Source: Alkalilimnicola ehrlichii MLHE-1
GTDB lineage: Bacteria > Pseudomonadota > Gammaproteobacteria > Nitrococcales > Halorhodospiraceae
Length of the DNA: 32,000 bases
Direction of reading: 5' to 3'
Assembly: GCF_000014785.1 (NCBI RefSeq)
Contig: NC_008340.1
Location: forward strand, 1,410,001-1,442,000
Positions 18,645 through 28,479 of the stretch are shown in pieces. Under the pieces are notes generated by a model. The model worked only from the letters and a program-made list of their open reading frames with translations, did not search any database and had not been told where the DNA came from. Every line of letters starts with the position of its first letter. Within the stretch, counting starts at the first letter, position 1. Both the position numbers and the translations under genes were made by a program.

Positions 18645-19187
18645 ATGTTCGCTATGAACAGCGGTATGTCGAACGATCTTTTCTCAGTCGCGCCCGCCAC
18701 GGTGGCGGACATCCCGGCGCTGTGCCGACTGGCCGAGGCGACCTGGTGGCACTGTTACCGGGGCATGATCAGCGATGAGCAGATCCGCTTTATGCTGGCC
18801 TGGATGTACGAGCCGGAGCGTTTGCGTTCGGAGATGGCCGATGGCGTGGACTGGCTGCTCCTGTGCCGGGCGGGTGCGACGGCGCCGGTCGGTTTCGCCG
18901 CCTGGTCGGGCACCGGGCGGGGCCGGGAGGCCCGGTTGCACAAGCTCTACGTTCACCCCGGGCATCAGCGAAGGGGCGGGGCGAAGGCACTGCTCGATTC
19001 CGTGTACCGGCGGGCGGCTGATGCCGGGTACCGCCGGCTGTCGCTGACCGTGAACCGCCACAACCGGACGGCTCTGCAGTGCTACCAACGGGCCGGGTTC
19101 CACCCCTGTGGCACCCAGGTTCGGGATATTGGGGGTGGTTTCGTGATGGACGACTACATCCTGGCCAGGCCGTTGGCCGCTGACTGA
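18645..19187 (+). CDS. GNAT family N-acetyltransferase
   Basis: The acetyl-CoA binding motif [17 protein letters not shown] and the C-terminal A..YQRAGF block are present. The start is uncertain: ATGs lie at 18645, 18654 and 18666, and none has a clear Shine-Dalgarno sequence. Confidence 0.8.
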   Translation: MFAMNSGMSNDLFSVAPATVADIPALCRLAEATWWHCYRGMISDEQIRFMLAWMYEPERLRSEMADGVDWLLLCRAGATAPVGFAAWSGTGRGREARLHKLYVHPGHQRRGGAKALLDSVYRRAADAGYRRLSLTVNRHNRTALQCYQRAGFHPCGTQVRDIGGGFVMDDYILARPLAAD

Positions 19188-19236
19188 GGCCGCTGCCCGG
19201 CGGGCAGCGAGGGTACAAAACGGGTAGAATACCGCC

Positions 19237-20337
19237 ATGTCCGGAAATACCATTGGCAAACTGTTTACCGTCACCACCTTTGGTGAAAGTCACGGCCCTG
19301 CACTGGGCGCCATCGTGGATGGCTGTCCGCCGGGGCTGGCGCTGAGCGAGGCCGATCTGCAGCGGGACCTGGACCGGCGGCGGCCCGGCACCTCCAAGTT
19401 CACCACCCAGCGCAAAGAGCCTGATCAGGTGCGGATCCTGTCCGGGGTGTTCGAGGGGCGGACCACCGGCACCCCGATCGGATTGCTGATCGAGAACACC
19501 GACCAGCGCTCAAAGGACTACGCCGAGATCGCCCGGCGCTTCCGGCCGGGCCATGCCGATTACACCTATCTGCAGAAATACGGCATCCGCGACTACCGTG
19601 GCGGCGGCCGGTCGTCGGCGCGCGAGACCGCCATGCGGGTGGCCGCCGGCGGTATCGCGCGCAAGTACCTGCGCGAGCGGCTGGGGGTCACCGTGCAGGG
19701 GTGCCTCACCCAGCTCGGCCCGATCGAGCTGGGTATCAAGGACTGGATGGCGGTGGATGACAACCCCTTCTTCTGTGCCGATCCGGAGCGTGTTCCGGAC
19801 CTTGAGTCGTTCATGCAGGACCTGCGAAAGGCGGGCAATTCCATCGGCGCGGCCGTGACCGTGGTCGCCCGAGGTTGCCCGCCCGGGCTGGGTGAGCCGG
19901 TGTTCGACCGCCTGGATGCGGATCTGGCCCACGCCTTGATGAGCATCAATGCGGTCAAGGGCGTGGAGCTGGGGGCGGGGTTTGCCAGTGTGATGCAGCA
20001 CGGCAGCGAACACCGGGATGAGCTGACCCCTGAGGGCTTCGCCAGTAACAACGCCGGCGGCGTGCTCGGCGGCCTGTCCACCGGGCAGGACGTGGTGACA
20101 CGGATCGCCCTCAAGCCCACCTCCAGCATCGTGGTGCCGGGTCGCACCATCGATACCGAGGGTGAGCCGGTGCCAGTGGTCACCAAGGGGCGGCACGACC
20201 CCTGCGTGGGCATCCGCGCGGTGCCCATCGCCGAGGCCATGGTGGCTTTGACGCTCATGGACCACTGGCTGCGCCACCGCGCCCAGTGCGCTGACGTGCA
20301 GCCGGAGACGCCGCCCATCCCCGCCGCCAATCGCTGA
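19237..20337 (+). CDS. aroC: Chorismate synthase
   Basis: [21 protein letters not shown] and RHDPCV blocks are present, and the 366 aa length fits. Confidence 0.95.
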   Translation: MSGNTIGKLFTVTTFGESHGPALGAIVDGCPPGLALSEADLQRDLDRRRPGTSKFTTQRKEPDQVRILSGVFEGRTTGTPIGLLIENTDQRSKDYAEIARRFRPGHADYTYLQKYGIRDYRGGGRSSARETAMRVAAGGIARKYLRERLGVTVQGCLTQLGPIELGIKDWMAVDDNPFFCADPERVPDLESFMQDLRKAGNSIGAAVTVVARGCPPGLGEPVFDRLDADLAHALMSINAVKGVELGAGFASVMQHGSEHRDELTPEGFASNNAGGVLGGLSTGQDVVTRIALKPTSSIVVPGRTIDTEGEPVPVVTKGRHDPCVGIRAVPIAEAMVALTLMDHWLRHRAQCADVQPETPPIPAANR

Positions 20338-21479
20338 TGCCGGCCGGCCTACCCTACTGGCGGCTATCCAGCTTCTACTTCTTCTTCTTCGCCGCCCTCG
20401 GGGCCCTGGTGCCGTACTGGGGCCCCTACCTGCGGCAGCTCGGGTTCAGTTCCGCCGAGATCGGTCAGCTACTGGCCATTCTGCACGCCACCAAGATCGT
20501 TGCCCCCAACGTTTGGGGTTGGCTGGCCGACCACCTCGGTCGGCGCATGCTGATCGTGCGGCTGGCCGCGCTGGCCGCCCTGGTGCTCTTCGCCGGGGTG
20601 CTGGTGGGCTCTGGCTTTTGGTGGATGGCGCTGGTCATGGCCGGTTTCAGCTTTTTCTGGAACGCCGCGCTGCCTCAGTTTGAGGCCAACACCTTCAATC
20701 ACCTGGGGCAGCGGCCGCAGGTCTACAGCCTGGTGCGGTTGTGGGGGTCGGTGGGCTTCATCGTTACGGTTATTGTCATCGGTCAGGCGGTGGACCGTTT
20801 TGGGTTGGATCTGCTGCCCTGGGGCATCCTGGTGCTGTTCGGCGGGCTCTGGCTGTCCGCCCTCATCGCCCCGGAAGGCCGTAATGGTCAGGGCGACGGT
20901 GCGCATGTCCCTTTTTTCAAGGTCCTGATGCAGCCCCACGTCCTCGGTTTCCTGCTGGCCTGCATGCTGCTTCAGGCCAGTCACGGGCCGTTTTACGCCT
21001 TTTTCAGCATCTATCTGGAGGATCACGGCTATTCCGGTAGCGCCATCGGGGCCCTGTGGGCCGTTGGGGTCTTGGCCGAAGTCCTGCTGTTCCTGGTCAT
21101 GCACCGGTTGTTGCCGCGCTACGGGGCGCGCTTCCTGCTCACCCTGGCGCTGGTGCTGGCGGTGGTGCGTTGGCTGGTGTTGGGGGCCTTCGTGGACAGC
21201 CTGGCGCTGGTCGCCTTCTCGCAGGTGCTGCACGCGGCCACCTTCGGCGTTTATCACGCGGTGGGGATTCATACCATCAACCGCTATTTTGTCGGTGGCA
21301 ATCAGGGGCGGGGGCAGGCCCTGTACAGCAGCCTGACCTTCGGTGCCGGGGTGGCGTTGGGCAGCCTGGTGGCGGGATGGTTGTGGGACGACTGGGGTGG
21401 CCATACCTATTACCTGGGAGCGGCGGTGGCGACCGTGGCGGCAGTGCTGGCCTGGGTCAGCCTGCGGCGGGAGGGATGA
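20337..21479 (+). CDS. MFS transporter, HcaT/PPP (3-phenylpropionate permease-like, MFS_1_like) family
   Basis: VRLWGSVGF, LLQASHGPFYAFFSIYLEDHGYSGSAIGALWAVGVLAEVLLF and QVLHAATFGVYH closely parallel E. coli HcaT blocks (VRLWGSVAF, LLQGAHAAYYGFSAIYWQAAGYSASAVGYLWSLGVVAEVIIF, QILHCGTFTVCH). ATG 20337 overlaps the aroC stop (TGATG). Confidence 0.85.
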   Translation: MPAGLPYWRLSSFYFFFFAALGALVPYWGPYLRQLGFSSAEIGQLLAILHATKIVAPNVWGWLADHLGRRMLIVRLAALAALVLFAGVLVGSGFWWMALVMAGFSFFWNAALPQFEANTFNHLGQRPQVYSLVRLWGSVGFIVTVIVIGQAVDRFGLDLLPWGILVLFGGLWLSALIAPEGRNGQGDGAHVPFFKVLMQPHVLGFLLACMLLQASHGPFYAFFSIYLEDHGYSGSAIGALWAVGVLAEVLLFLVMHRLLPRYGARFLLTLALVLAVVRWLVLGAFVDSLALVAFSQVLHAATFGVYHAVGIHTINRYFVGGNQGRGQALYSSLTFGAGVALGSLVAGWLWDDWGGHTYYLGAAVATVAAVLAWVSLRREG

Positions 21480-21599
21480 GGTCCCGCAAGGGGCCGGCGG
21501 GCCCTTGATATGAATCAAGAAGCCAATTTCGATATACTGTAGCGCTACACCGGGCGCCGGCCGCCCGGTCTGTTTGGCAAGACACTGATGGTGATCGCT

Positions 21600-23009
21600 A
21601 TGTCTGGCAAGACCCTTTACGACAAGCTCTGGGATGCGCATGTGGTCCGCGAGAACCCCGACGGTTCCGCGCTGCTGTATGTGGATCGCCAGCTGTTGCA
21701 CGAAGTGACCTCGCCGCAGGCCTTCGAGGGGTTGCGCCTGGCCGGCCGCCGCCCCTGGCGCGTGGAGGCCAACCTGGCGGTCACCGACCACAACGTGCCG
21801 ACCACCAACCGCGCCCAGGGGATCGCCGATCCGGTCTCGCGGGTGCAGGTGCAGACCCTAGACAGGAACTGCGAGGAGTTCGGGATCACCGAGTACGGCA
21901 TGCTCGATCGCCGCCAGGGCATTGTCCACGTCGTGGGGCCGGAGCAGGGGGCCACCCAGCCCGGCATGACAGTGGTCTGCGGCGACTCCCACACCTCCAC
22001 CCACGGTGCCCTGGGCGCGCTGGCATTCGGTATCGGCACCTCCGAAGTGGAACATGCGTTGGCCACCCAGACGGTGGTGCAGAAGAAGGCCAAACGCATG
22101 CTGGTGCGGGTGGATGGCCAGTTGGGTCGCGGCGTCACCGCCAAGGACGTGGTGCTGGCCATTATCGGCCGGATCGGCACCGCAGGGGGGACCGGCTATG
22201 CCATCGAGTTCGGCGGCGAGGCTATCCGCTCGCTCTCGGTCGAGGGCCGCATGACCGTCTGCAATATGTCCATCGAGGCGGGCGCCCGCTGCGGCATGGT
22301 GGCGGTGGACGACATGACCATCGACTACGTGCGCGGCCGCCCGTTTGCGCCGAAGGGCGAGCACTGGGACCAGGCCGTCGCCTACTGGAAGACCCTGCAC
22401 AGTGACCCGGATGCCGAGTTCGATCAGGTGGTGGTGCTGGACGCCGCTGAGATCGAGCCGCAGGTCACCTGGGGGACCTCCCCGGAGATGGTGGTGCCGG
22501 TGGGCGGCTGCGTGCCTAACCCGTTCGAGGAGCAGGACGAGGTCAAGCGCAGCAGCATGGGGCGTGCCCTGGACTACATGGGCCTGCAGCCCGGCACGCC
22601 CATCAAGGAGATCCGGCTGGACCGCGTCTTTATCGGCTCCTGCACCAACTCGCGCATCGAGGACCTGCGCGCCGCCGCCGAAGTGGTCCGCGGTCACAAG
22701 GTGGCGGACAGCCTCACCCAGGCGCTGGTGGTGCCGGGTTCCGGGGTGGTCAAGGAGCAGGCCGAAAAGGAGGGCCTGGACCGGGTCTTCATCGAGGCCG
22801 GTTTCGAGTGGCGGGAGCCGGGCTGCTCCATGTGCCTGGCCATGAACGCCGATCGCCTGCAATCGGGCGAGCGCTGTGCCTCCACCTCGAACCGTAATTT
22901 CGAGGGCCGCCAGGGGCAGGGCGGGCGTACCCACCTGGTGAACCCGGCGATGGCCGCCGCCGCCGCCATCGCCGGCCATTTCGTGGATGTGCGCCACTGG
23001 CCCGAGTAG
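21600..23009 (+). CDS. leuC: 3-isopropylmalate dehydratase large subunit
   Basis: [16 protein letters not shown] parallels the E. coli LeuC N-terminus. The aconitase-family Fe-S ligand blocks [18 protein letters not shown] and CSMCLAMN are present. An alternative in-frame ATG lies at 21588. Confidence 0.95.
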
Positions 23010-23086
23010 CGGTGAGGCGAGAGTGACGCCGCGGGCGGCGAGACCGCCTGGAACCCAGCCGATACAGACGAGGATTGAGCGCTTCT

Positions 23087-23743
23087 ATGGAGCCATTCAT
23101 CAAGCATAAGGGGTTGGTGGCACCGCTGGACCGTGCCAACGTCGATACCGACGCGATCATACCCAAGCAGTTTCTCAAGTCGATCCGGCGTACCGGGTTT
23201 GGCCCCTTCCTGTTCGATGAGTGGCGCTATCTGGATGAAGGCCAACCCGACATGGATTGCAGCCAACGGCCGGTGAACCCCGACTTCGTGCTCAACCAGG
23301 CGCGTTATCAGGGGGCGAGCATCCTGCTCACCCGGCGCAACTTCGGCTGTGGCTCGTCCCGCGAACACGCCCCCTGGGCGTTGAAGGACTTCGGCTTTCG
23401 GGCGATCATCGCGCCGAGTTTCGCCGATATCTTCTACAACAACTGCTTCAAGAATGGCCTGCTGCCACTGGTGCTGACCGAGGCGCAGGTGGACCGGCTG
23501 TTCAAGGAAGTGGAGGCCGCGCCCGGTTACGAGCTGGAGATCGACCTGCCGGAGCAGCAGGTGCGCACGCCGGCCGGGGAGGCCTTCGAGTTTGAGATCG
23601 ACGGCTTTCGCAAGCACGCGCTGCTCGAAGGGTTGGACGAGATCGGCCTGACCCTGCAGCACGCCGAAGATATCCGTGCCTACGAGGCCCGTCGCCGCGA
23701 GCAGGCGCCGTGGCTGTTCACCGACCTGGAGGAGGGGCGCTGA
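23087..23743 (+). CDS. leuD: 3-isopropylmalate dehydratase small subunit
   Basis: [31 protein letters not shown] and [13 protein letters not shown] are present. ATG 23087 is preferred over the TTG at 23075. Confidence 0.93.
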   Translation: MEPFIKHKGLVAPLDRANVDTDAIIPKQFLKSIRRTGFGPFLFDEWRYLDEGQPDMDCSQRPVNPDFVLNQARYQGASILLTRRNFGCGSSREHAPWALKDFGFRAIIAPSFADIFYNNCFKNGLLPLVLTEAQVDRLFKEVEAAPGYELEIDLPEQQVRTPAGEAFEFEIDGFRKHALLEGLDEIGLTLQHAEDIRAYEARRREQAPWLFTDLEEGR

Positions 23744-23776
23744 GGCGGCCCTTCCGCAACCCGCAAAGGATCCTGC

Positions 23777-24862
23777 ATGACTGCCAACATCCTGATCACC
23801 CCGGGCGACGGTATCGGTCCGGAGATCGTGGCCGAGGCGCGCAAGCTGCTGGAGGCCCTGCGTGACGACTTCGGCTTCGACTGCACTTTGGAAGAGGCCC
23901 CCATCGGCGGCGCTGGCTACGAGGCGCATGGCAAGCCGCTGCCGGAAGAGACCCTGGCTCTCGCCCGGGAGGCCGATGCCATCCTATTGGGTGCCGTGGG
24001 TGGGCCGCGCTGGGAACAGCTGGATCGCCCCCTGCGTCCCGAACGCGGCCTCCTGGCCATCCGTGCGGAGTTGGGCCTGTTCGGCAACCTGCGTCCAGCC
24101 ATCCTCTATCCGCAACTGGCCGAGGCCTCCAGCCTGCGCCATGAGATCGTCGCCGGCCTGGACATCATGATCGTCCGGGAGCTGACCGGCGGCATCTACT
24201 TCGGTGAGCCCCGGGGCATCCGCAGGCTGGAGAACGGCGAACGCCAGGGTTACAACACCATGGTCTACAGCGAGTCGGAGATCGACCGCGTGGGCCGGCT
24301 GGCCTTTGACATCGCGAGCAAGCGCGGCAGCCGAGTCTGCTCCGTGGACAAGGCCAACGTGCTGGAGGTCTCCGAACTCTGGCGTGAGGTGATGGAACGC
24401 GTGGCCCGGGATTACCCCGGTGTCGAGCTGAGCCACATGTACGTGGACAACGCCGCCATGCAGTTGGTGCGTGCGCCCAAACAGTTCGACGTGGTGGTCA
24501 CCAGCAATCTGTTCGGTGACGTGCTCTCGGACTGTGCCGCCATGCTCACCGGCTCCATTGGCATGCTGCCCTCCGCCTCGCTGGATGTGAACAGCAAGGG
24601 GCTGTATGAGCCGGTGCACGGTTCCGCGCCGGACATCGCCGGCAAGGGGCTGGCCAATCCGCTGGCCACCCTTCTGTCAGTGGCCATGATGCTGCGCTAC
24701 AGTCTGGATCAGGGCGCCCTCGCCGACCGGGTGCAGCAGGCGGTGGGTGATGTGCTCAACCAGGGGCTGCGCACGCCGGATATCGCCGCCCGCCAGTCGC
24801 GCACCGTCAGCACCGCCGAGATGGGTGACGCGGTGGTGGCCGCGCTGCGTGCCCGGGGCTGA
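23777..24862 (+). CDS. leuB: 3-isopropylmalate dehydrogenase
   Basis: [18 protein letters not shown] and the NLFGDVLSD signature are present, and the 361 aa length fits. Confidence 0.95.
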   Translation: MTANILITPGDGIGPEIVAEARKLLEALRDDFGFDCTLEEAPIGGAGYEAHGKPLPEETLALAREADAILLGAVGGPRWEQLDRPLRPERGLLAIRAELGLFGNLRPAILYPQLAEASSLRHEIVAGLDIMIVRELTGGIYFGEPRGIRRLENGERQGYNTMVYSESEIDRVGRLAFDIASKRGSRVCSVDKANVLEVSELWREVMERVARDYPGVELSHMYVDNAAMQLVRAPKQFDVVVTSNLFGDVLSDCAAMLTGSIGMLPSASLDVNSKGLYEPVHGSAPDIAGKGLANPLATLLSVAMMLRYSLDQGALADRVQQAVGDVLNQGLRTPDIAARQSRTVSTAEMGDAVVAALRARG

Positions 24863-24915
24863 AGTTCACCAAACACTGAGCCATCCATATCTGCAAGCGA
24901 AAAGGGGATAACCCA

Positions 24916-25938
24916 ATGAGCAAGACCTACGATGTCGCTGTAGTCGGCGCCACCGGTGCAGTCGGCGAGACCATGCTGTCTATTCTGGCCGAGCGCGACT
25001 TCCCCGTAGGCAACATCTACCCGCTGGCCAGCAGCCGCTCCGCGGGCAAGACCATTGAGTTCAAGGGCCAGCAGGTCGAGATCCAGGACCTGGCCACGTT
25101 CGACTTCTCCAAGGTCCAGATCGGTCTGTTCTCCGCCGGCGGCTCCATCTCCGCCGAGTACGCGCCCAAGGCCGCGGAGGCCGGCTGCGTGGTCATCGAT
25201 AACACCTCGCACTTCCGCTACGACGAGGACATCCCGCTGGTCGTGCCGGAGGTCAACCCGCAGGCCGTGGCCGGCTACACCCGGCGCAACATTATCGCCA
25301 ACCCGAACTGCTCCACTATCCAGATGCTGGTGGCGCTGAAGCCGCTGCACGAGGCCGCCACCATCGAGCGCATCAATGTGGCGACCTACCAGGCGGTGTC
25401 CGGCTCGGGCAAGGAGGCCATCGACGAACTGGCGACGCAGACGGCCAACCTGCTGAACGGCAAGCCGGTGGAGTGCGAGGCCTATCCCAAGCAGATCGCC
25501 TTCAACTGCCTGCCGCATATCGACGTCTTCCTGGATAACGGGTACACCAAGGAAGAGATGAAGATGGTCTGGGAGACCCAGAAGATCTTCGGCGATGACA
25601 GTATCCTGGTGAACCCCACCGCCGTGCGCGTGCCGGTCTTCTTCGGCCACTCCGAGGCCGTGCACATCGAGACCCGGGAGAAGCTCACCGAAGCCAAGGC
25701 CCGCGAGCTGCTCAGCCAGTTCGAGGGCATCGAGGTGCTGGACGACCGCGAGCCGGGCGGTTACCCCACCGCCGTCACCGAGGCGGCCACGCACGACCCG
25801 GTCTATGTCGGCCGCATCCGTGAGGACATCTCCCATCCCCGGGGGCTGAACCTCTGGGTGGTGGCGGACAATGTGCGCAAGGGTGCCGCCCTGAACAGCG
25901 TACAGATTGCTGAGCTGCTGATTCGCGAGTACATTTAA
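24916..25938 (+). CDS. asd: Aspartate-semialdehyde dehydrogenase
   Basis: VVGATGAVG is the NAD(P) fold, NPNCSTIQM carries the active-site Cys, and the 340 aa length fits. Confidence 0.93.
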   Translation: MSKTYDVAVVGATGAVGETMLSILAERDFPVGNIYPLASSRSAGKTIEFKGQQVEIQDLATFDFSKVQIGLFSAGGSISAEYAPKAAEAGCVVIDNTSHFRYDEDIPLVVPEVNPQAVAGYTRRNIIANPNCSTIQMLVALKPLHEAATIERINVATYQAVSGSGKEAIDELATQTANLLNGKPVECEAYPKQIAFNCLPHIDVFLDNGYTKEEMKMVWETQKIFGDDSILVNPTAVRVPVFFGHSEAVHIETREKLTEAKARELLSQFEGIEVLDDREPGGYPTAVTEAATHDPVYVGRIREDISHPRGLNLWVVADNVRKGAALNSVQIAELLIREYI

Positions 25939-25945
25939 TGGCCGG

Positions 25946-25975
25946 GGCCCGCGTCCGCCGGGGCGGGCGCGGGCC
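25946..25975 (+). terminator. GC-rich hairpin downstream of asd
   Basis: GGCCCGCG (25946-25953) pairs with CGCGGGCC (25968-25975), with inner CCGCC/GGCGG pairing. There is no U-tract. Confidence 0.35.
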
Positions 25976-26028
25976 ATCCTAGCCGCAGCGGCGCCGGCCG
26001 CCGCGCACGCCGCCACTCAAGGATCGGG

Positions 26029-28449
26029 ATGTCTTTTAAACGGGTCTTCATCTCCGCCGTTGCCGGGTTGACGTTTTCCTCCACCGTCCTGGCCCTGGGC
26101 CTGGGCACCATCGAGCGTGACTCCTGGCTCAATCAGCCGCTCTCCGCGCGGATTCCGCTGCACTCGGCGGACACCGTTAGCCTGGAGGCGTTGCAGGTCA
26201 CCATGGCCTCGCAGGAGACCTTCGAGCGCGCCGGGCTCGACCGGCCTCCCTACCTGCGCGATATCCGCTTTGAGGTGATCGAGGACCACACCGAGGGGCC
26301 CCATATCCGGGTCTATACCCGGGATCCGTTCCGCGAGCCTTTCGTTGATTTCCTCGTGGAGTTGAACTGGCCGCAGGGCCGTTTGGTGCGGGAATACACC
26401 CTGTTGCTGGACCCGCCCCGCGACCCCGCGGAGCGGCCGGTGGCGGCCACGCCGCCGCGGACCGAACCGGCGGAGGTCGAGGAACAGCCACTGGAAACGG
26501 CGTCCCCCACGGTTCGGGACGGCCACTACGGGCCGGTGGCCGGCGGTGAGACCCTGTGGTCGGTGGCCGACCGGGTGCGCCATCAGGGGGTCAGTGCCCA
26601 GCAGATGGCCCTGGCCCTGTTCGAGGCCAACCCGAGGGCCTTTGTCGCCAACGATATCAACCGGCTACAGGCCGGCGCCACGCTGACTGTGCCCGATGCC
26701 GAGGGGGCCCGGGCCTATTCCCGCAACGAGGCCGTGCGCCGCTTCAATGCGCTGGCCGAAGGCGTGGCGGAGGAGCCGGCGGAGGAGCCGCCCGTAGCGG
26801 AGGCGCCGGATCCGGAGACGGTGGACCGGCAATTGCAGATCCTCGCCGAGTCGGAACGCGACGAAGAGGCCCTGGCGAGCCTTCTCGATGGTGATGTGGA
26901 ACCCAGCGAGGAGAATCTGGGCGCGCTGCGCGAGGAGCTGCTGCGTGCCCGCGAGGACCAGGCCAGCCTGCGTTCGGAGAACGAAGCCCTGCGCGAGCGG
27001 GTGTCGGAGATGGCGCAGGAGATCGAGCGACTGGAGCGGCTGCTCACCCTGGACGTGGAGACCGGGGTGCTGCCGATGGTGCCGAGCGAGCAGCCTGAAG
27101 GGGCCGTGGCCGAGCCTCCACCGGAGCGCCCGGCGGTGGTGGATGAGCCCGAAGTCGAGCCGGAGATCACTGAGGAAACGCCGGCGGAGGACGATGAGGC
27201 GCCGGTGACGGCGCCCCCGCCGGCCCCCTCTTCACCGCAACCGCTCGCCTGGCTCGACGGGCTCAGCCTGCCTGTGGCGCTGGCGGGCGTCGGCATCCTG
27301 ATCGGGCTCCTGGCCCTGCTGCTCATACGGCGCCGGCGGACGGAGACCGGCGTGGCCGCGGAGGAGGTGCCCATTCAACAGCCGCCGGCGCGAGAAGGCG
27401 TGGCGGCCGGGACGGCGGCCGCGGCGAGCGCGGTGGCCGACGGGGACGAACCGGAGCCTGAACCTGCGCCTGAGCCCCGCTCCGAGCCCCAGGATCCCCT
27501 GCAGGTGGCCGATGAGTTGGCAGACCGGGGCGATCTGGAGGGTGCCCGCGCCACCCTGCTGACGGCGCTCAACAATGTGCCGGCCCGCAACGAGTACCGG
27601 GTGCGCCTATTGGAGATCCTGGCTGAAGCGGATGACCGCGAAGGCTTTGATCGGCAGGCGCAGGTATTGCGTGAACGGGTCGAGGGCGAGGACGATCCCC
27701 TCTGGCGCCAGGCGGAGCGCGTTGGCCGGGGCTATGCCCCTGACAATCCGCTGTTTGGTGGCGCTGACCCGGATGGCGCCGATGATGGAGGGGCGGAAGC
27801 CACCGGCGGTGCGCTGCCCACGCTCGACGAATCAGCGCCGGGGGGCGCCGATTTGGCGGAACCAGCGGAGGAACCTGCCCGGGAGGGTGAGGCCTTCGAT
27901 TTCACTCTCGACTTCCCGGAGCCCGATGAGCCGGGCCGGGAGACGGATCAGGTAGCCCGACAGGGGGCGTCACGGGAAACGGCGGCGCCGGAGACCCCTG
28001 CGACACCCGCCGGTGAGGAAGGCGCTGCCGGTGGGGAAGGGGGTGATTTCACCCTCGACTTCGAAGTGGACGATAGCTGGCGGGAAGCGGCCGACTCGCG
28101 CCCGGCTGCGGATGCTGGCGAATCCCCGGGGGACGAGGCCTTCGACCTGGACCTGGGCGACCTGACCTTGGACGAGAGCGGGGCCGGGGATGCGACCGGG
28201 GAGGAACGTGGTGGCGGCGAACCGTCACCAGGGGAGGCACCGGACGCCGATCAGCCGCCGGCACCTCCCGCGGAGGCGCCGATGGAGGACGCCGGTGGGG
28301 ACGAGGAGATCGCCACCAAGCTGGACCTCGCCCGGGCCTACGTGGATCTGGGTGATCCGGACGGTGCCCGAGAGTTGCTCAACGAGGTCCTGGAGGTCGG
28401 CACCCCGGCCCAGCAGGAGGAGGCGCGGAAGCTCCTGGGCGACCTCTGA
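26029..28449 (+). CDS. fimV: FimV-family type IV pilus assembly / polar landmark protein (806 aa)
   Basis: From N- to C-terminus: a signal peptide; the FimV N-terminal domain (LNQPLSARIPL...LNWPQGRLVREYTLLLDPP); a LysM-like motif (YGPVAGGETLWSVADRV...LQAGATLTVP); a coiled-coil; a single TM helix (LPVALAGVGILIGLLALLLIRRRR); an acidic repeat region; and the conserved FimV C-terminal motif (KLDLARAYVDLGDPDGARELLNEVL). The position after asd and before truA matches Pseudomonas. Confidence 0.9.
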   Translation: MSFKRVFISAVAGLTFSSTVLALGLGTIERDSWLNQPLSARIPLHSADTVSLEALQVTMASQETFERAGLDRPPYLRDIRFEVIEDHTEGPHIRVYTRDPFREPFVDFLVELNWPQGRLVREYTLLLDPPRDPAERPVAATPPRTEPAEVEEQPLETASPTVRDGHYGPVAGGETLWSVADRVRHQGVSAQQMALALFEANPRAFVANDINRLQAGATLTVPDAEGARAYSRNEAVRRFNALAEGVAEEPAEEPPVAEAPDPETVDRQLQILAESERDEEALASLLDGDVEPSEENLGALREELLRAREDQASLRSENEALRERVSEMAQEIERLERLLTLDVETGVLPMVPSEQPEGAVAEPPPERPAVVDEPEVEPEITEETPAEDDEAPVTAPPPAPSSPQPLAWLDGLSLPVALAGVGILIGLLALLLIRRRRTETGVAAEEVPIQQPPAREGVAAGTAAAASAVADGDEPEPEPAPEPRSEPQDPLQVADELADRGDLEGARATLLTALNNVPARNEYRVRLLEILAEADDREGFDRQAQVLRERVEGEDDPLWRQAERVGRGYAPDNPLFGGADPDGADDGGAEATGGALPTLDESAPGGADLAEPAEEPAREGEAFDFTLDFPEPDEPGRETDQVARQGASRETAAPETPATPAGEEGAAGGEGGDFTLDFEVDDSWREAADSRPAADAGESPGDEAFDLDLGDLTLDESGAGDATGEERGGGEPSPGEAPDADQPPAPPAEAPMEDAGGDEEIATKLDLARAYVDLGDPDGARELLNEVLEVGTPAQQEEARKLLGDL

Positions 28450-28479
28450 TATGCCACCTGTTGCGGGGAGTGAGGGCTA

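Noticed and set aside
21510-21542. The mini-ORF MNQEANFDIL as a leu-operon leader peptide (leuL-type attenuator).
   Set aside because: It has a single Leu codon rather than a Leu run, and I could not find an obvious terminator/antiterminator pair downstream. It is retained only as part of the regulatory-region finding.
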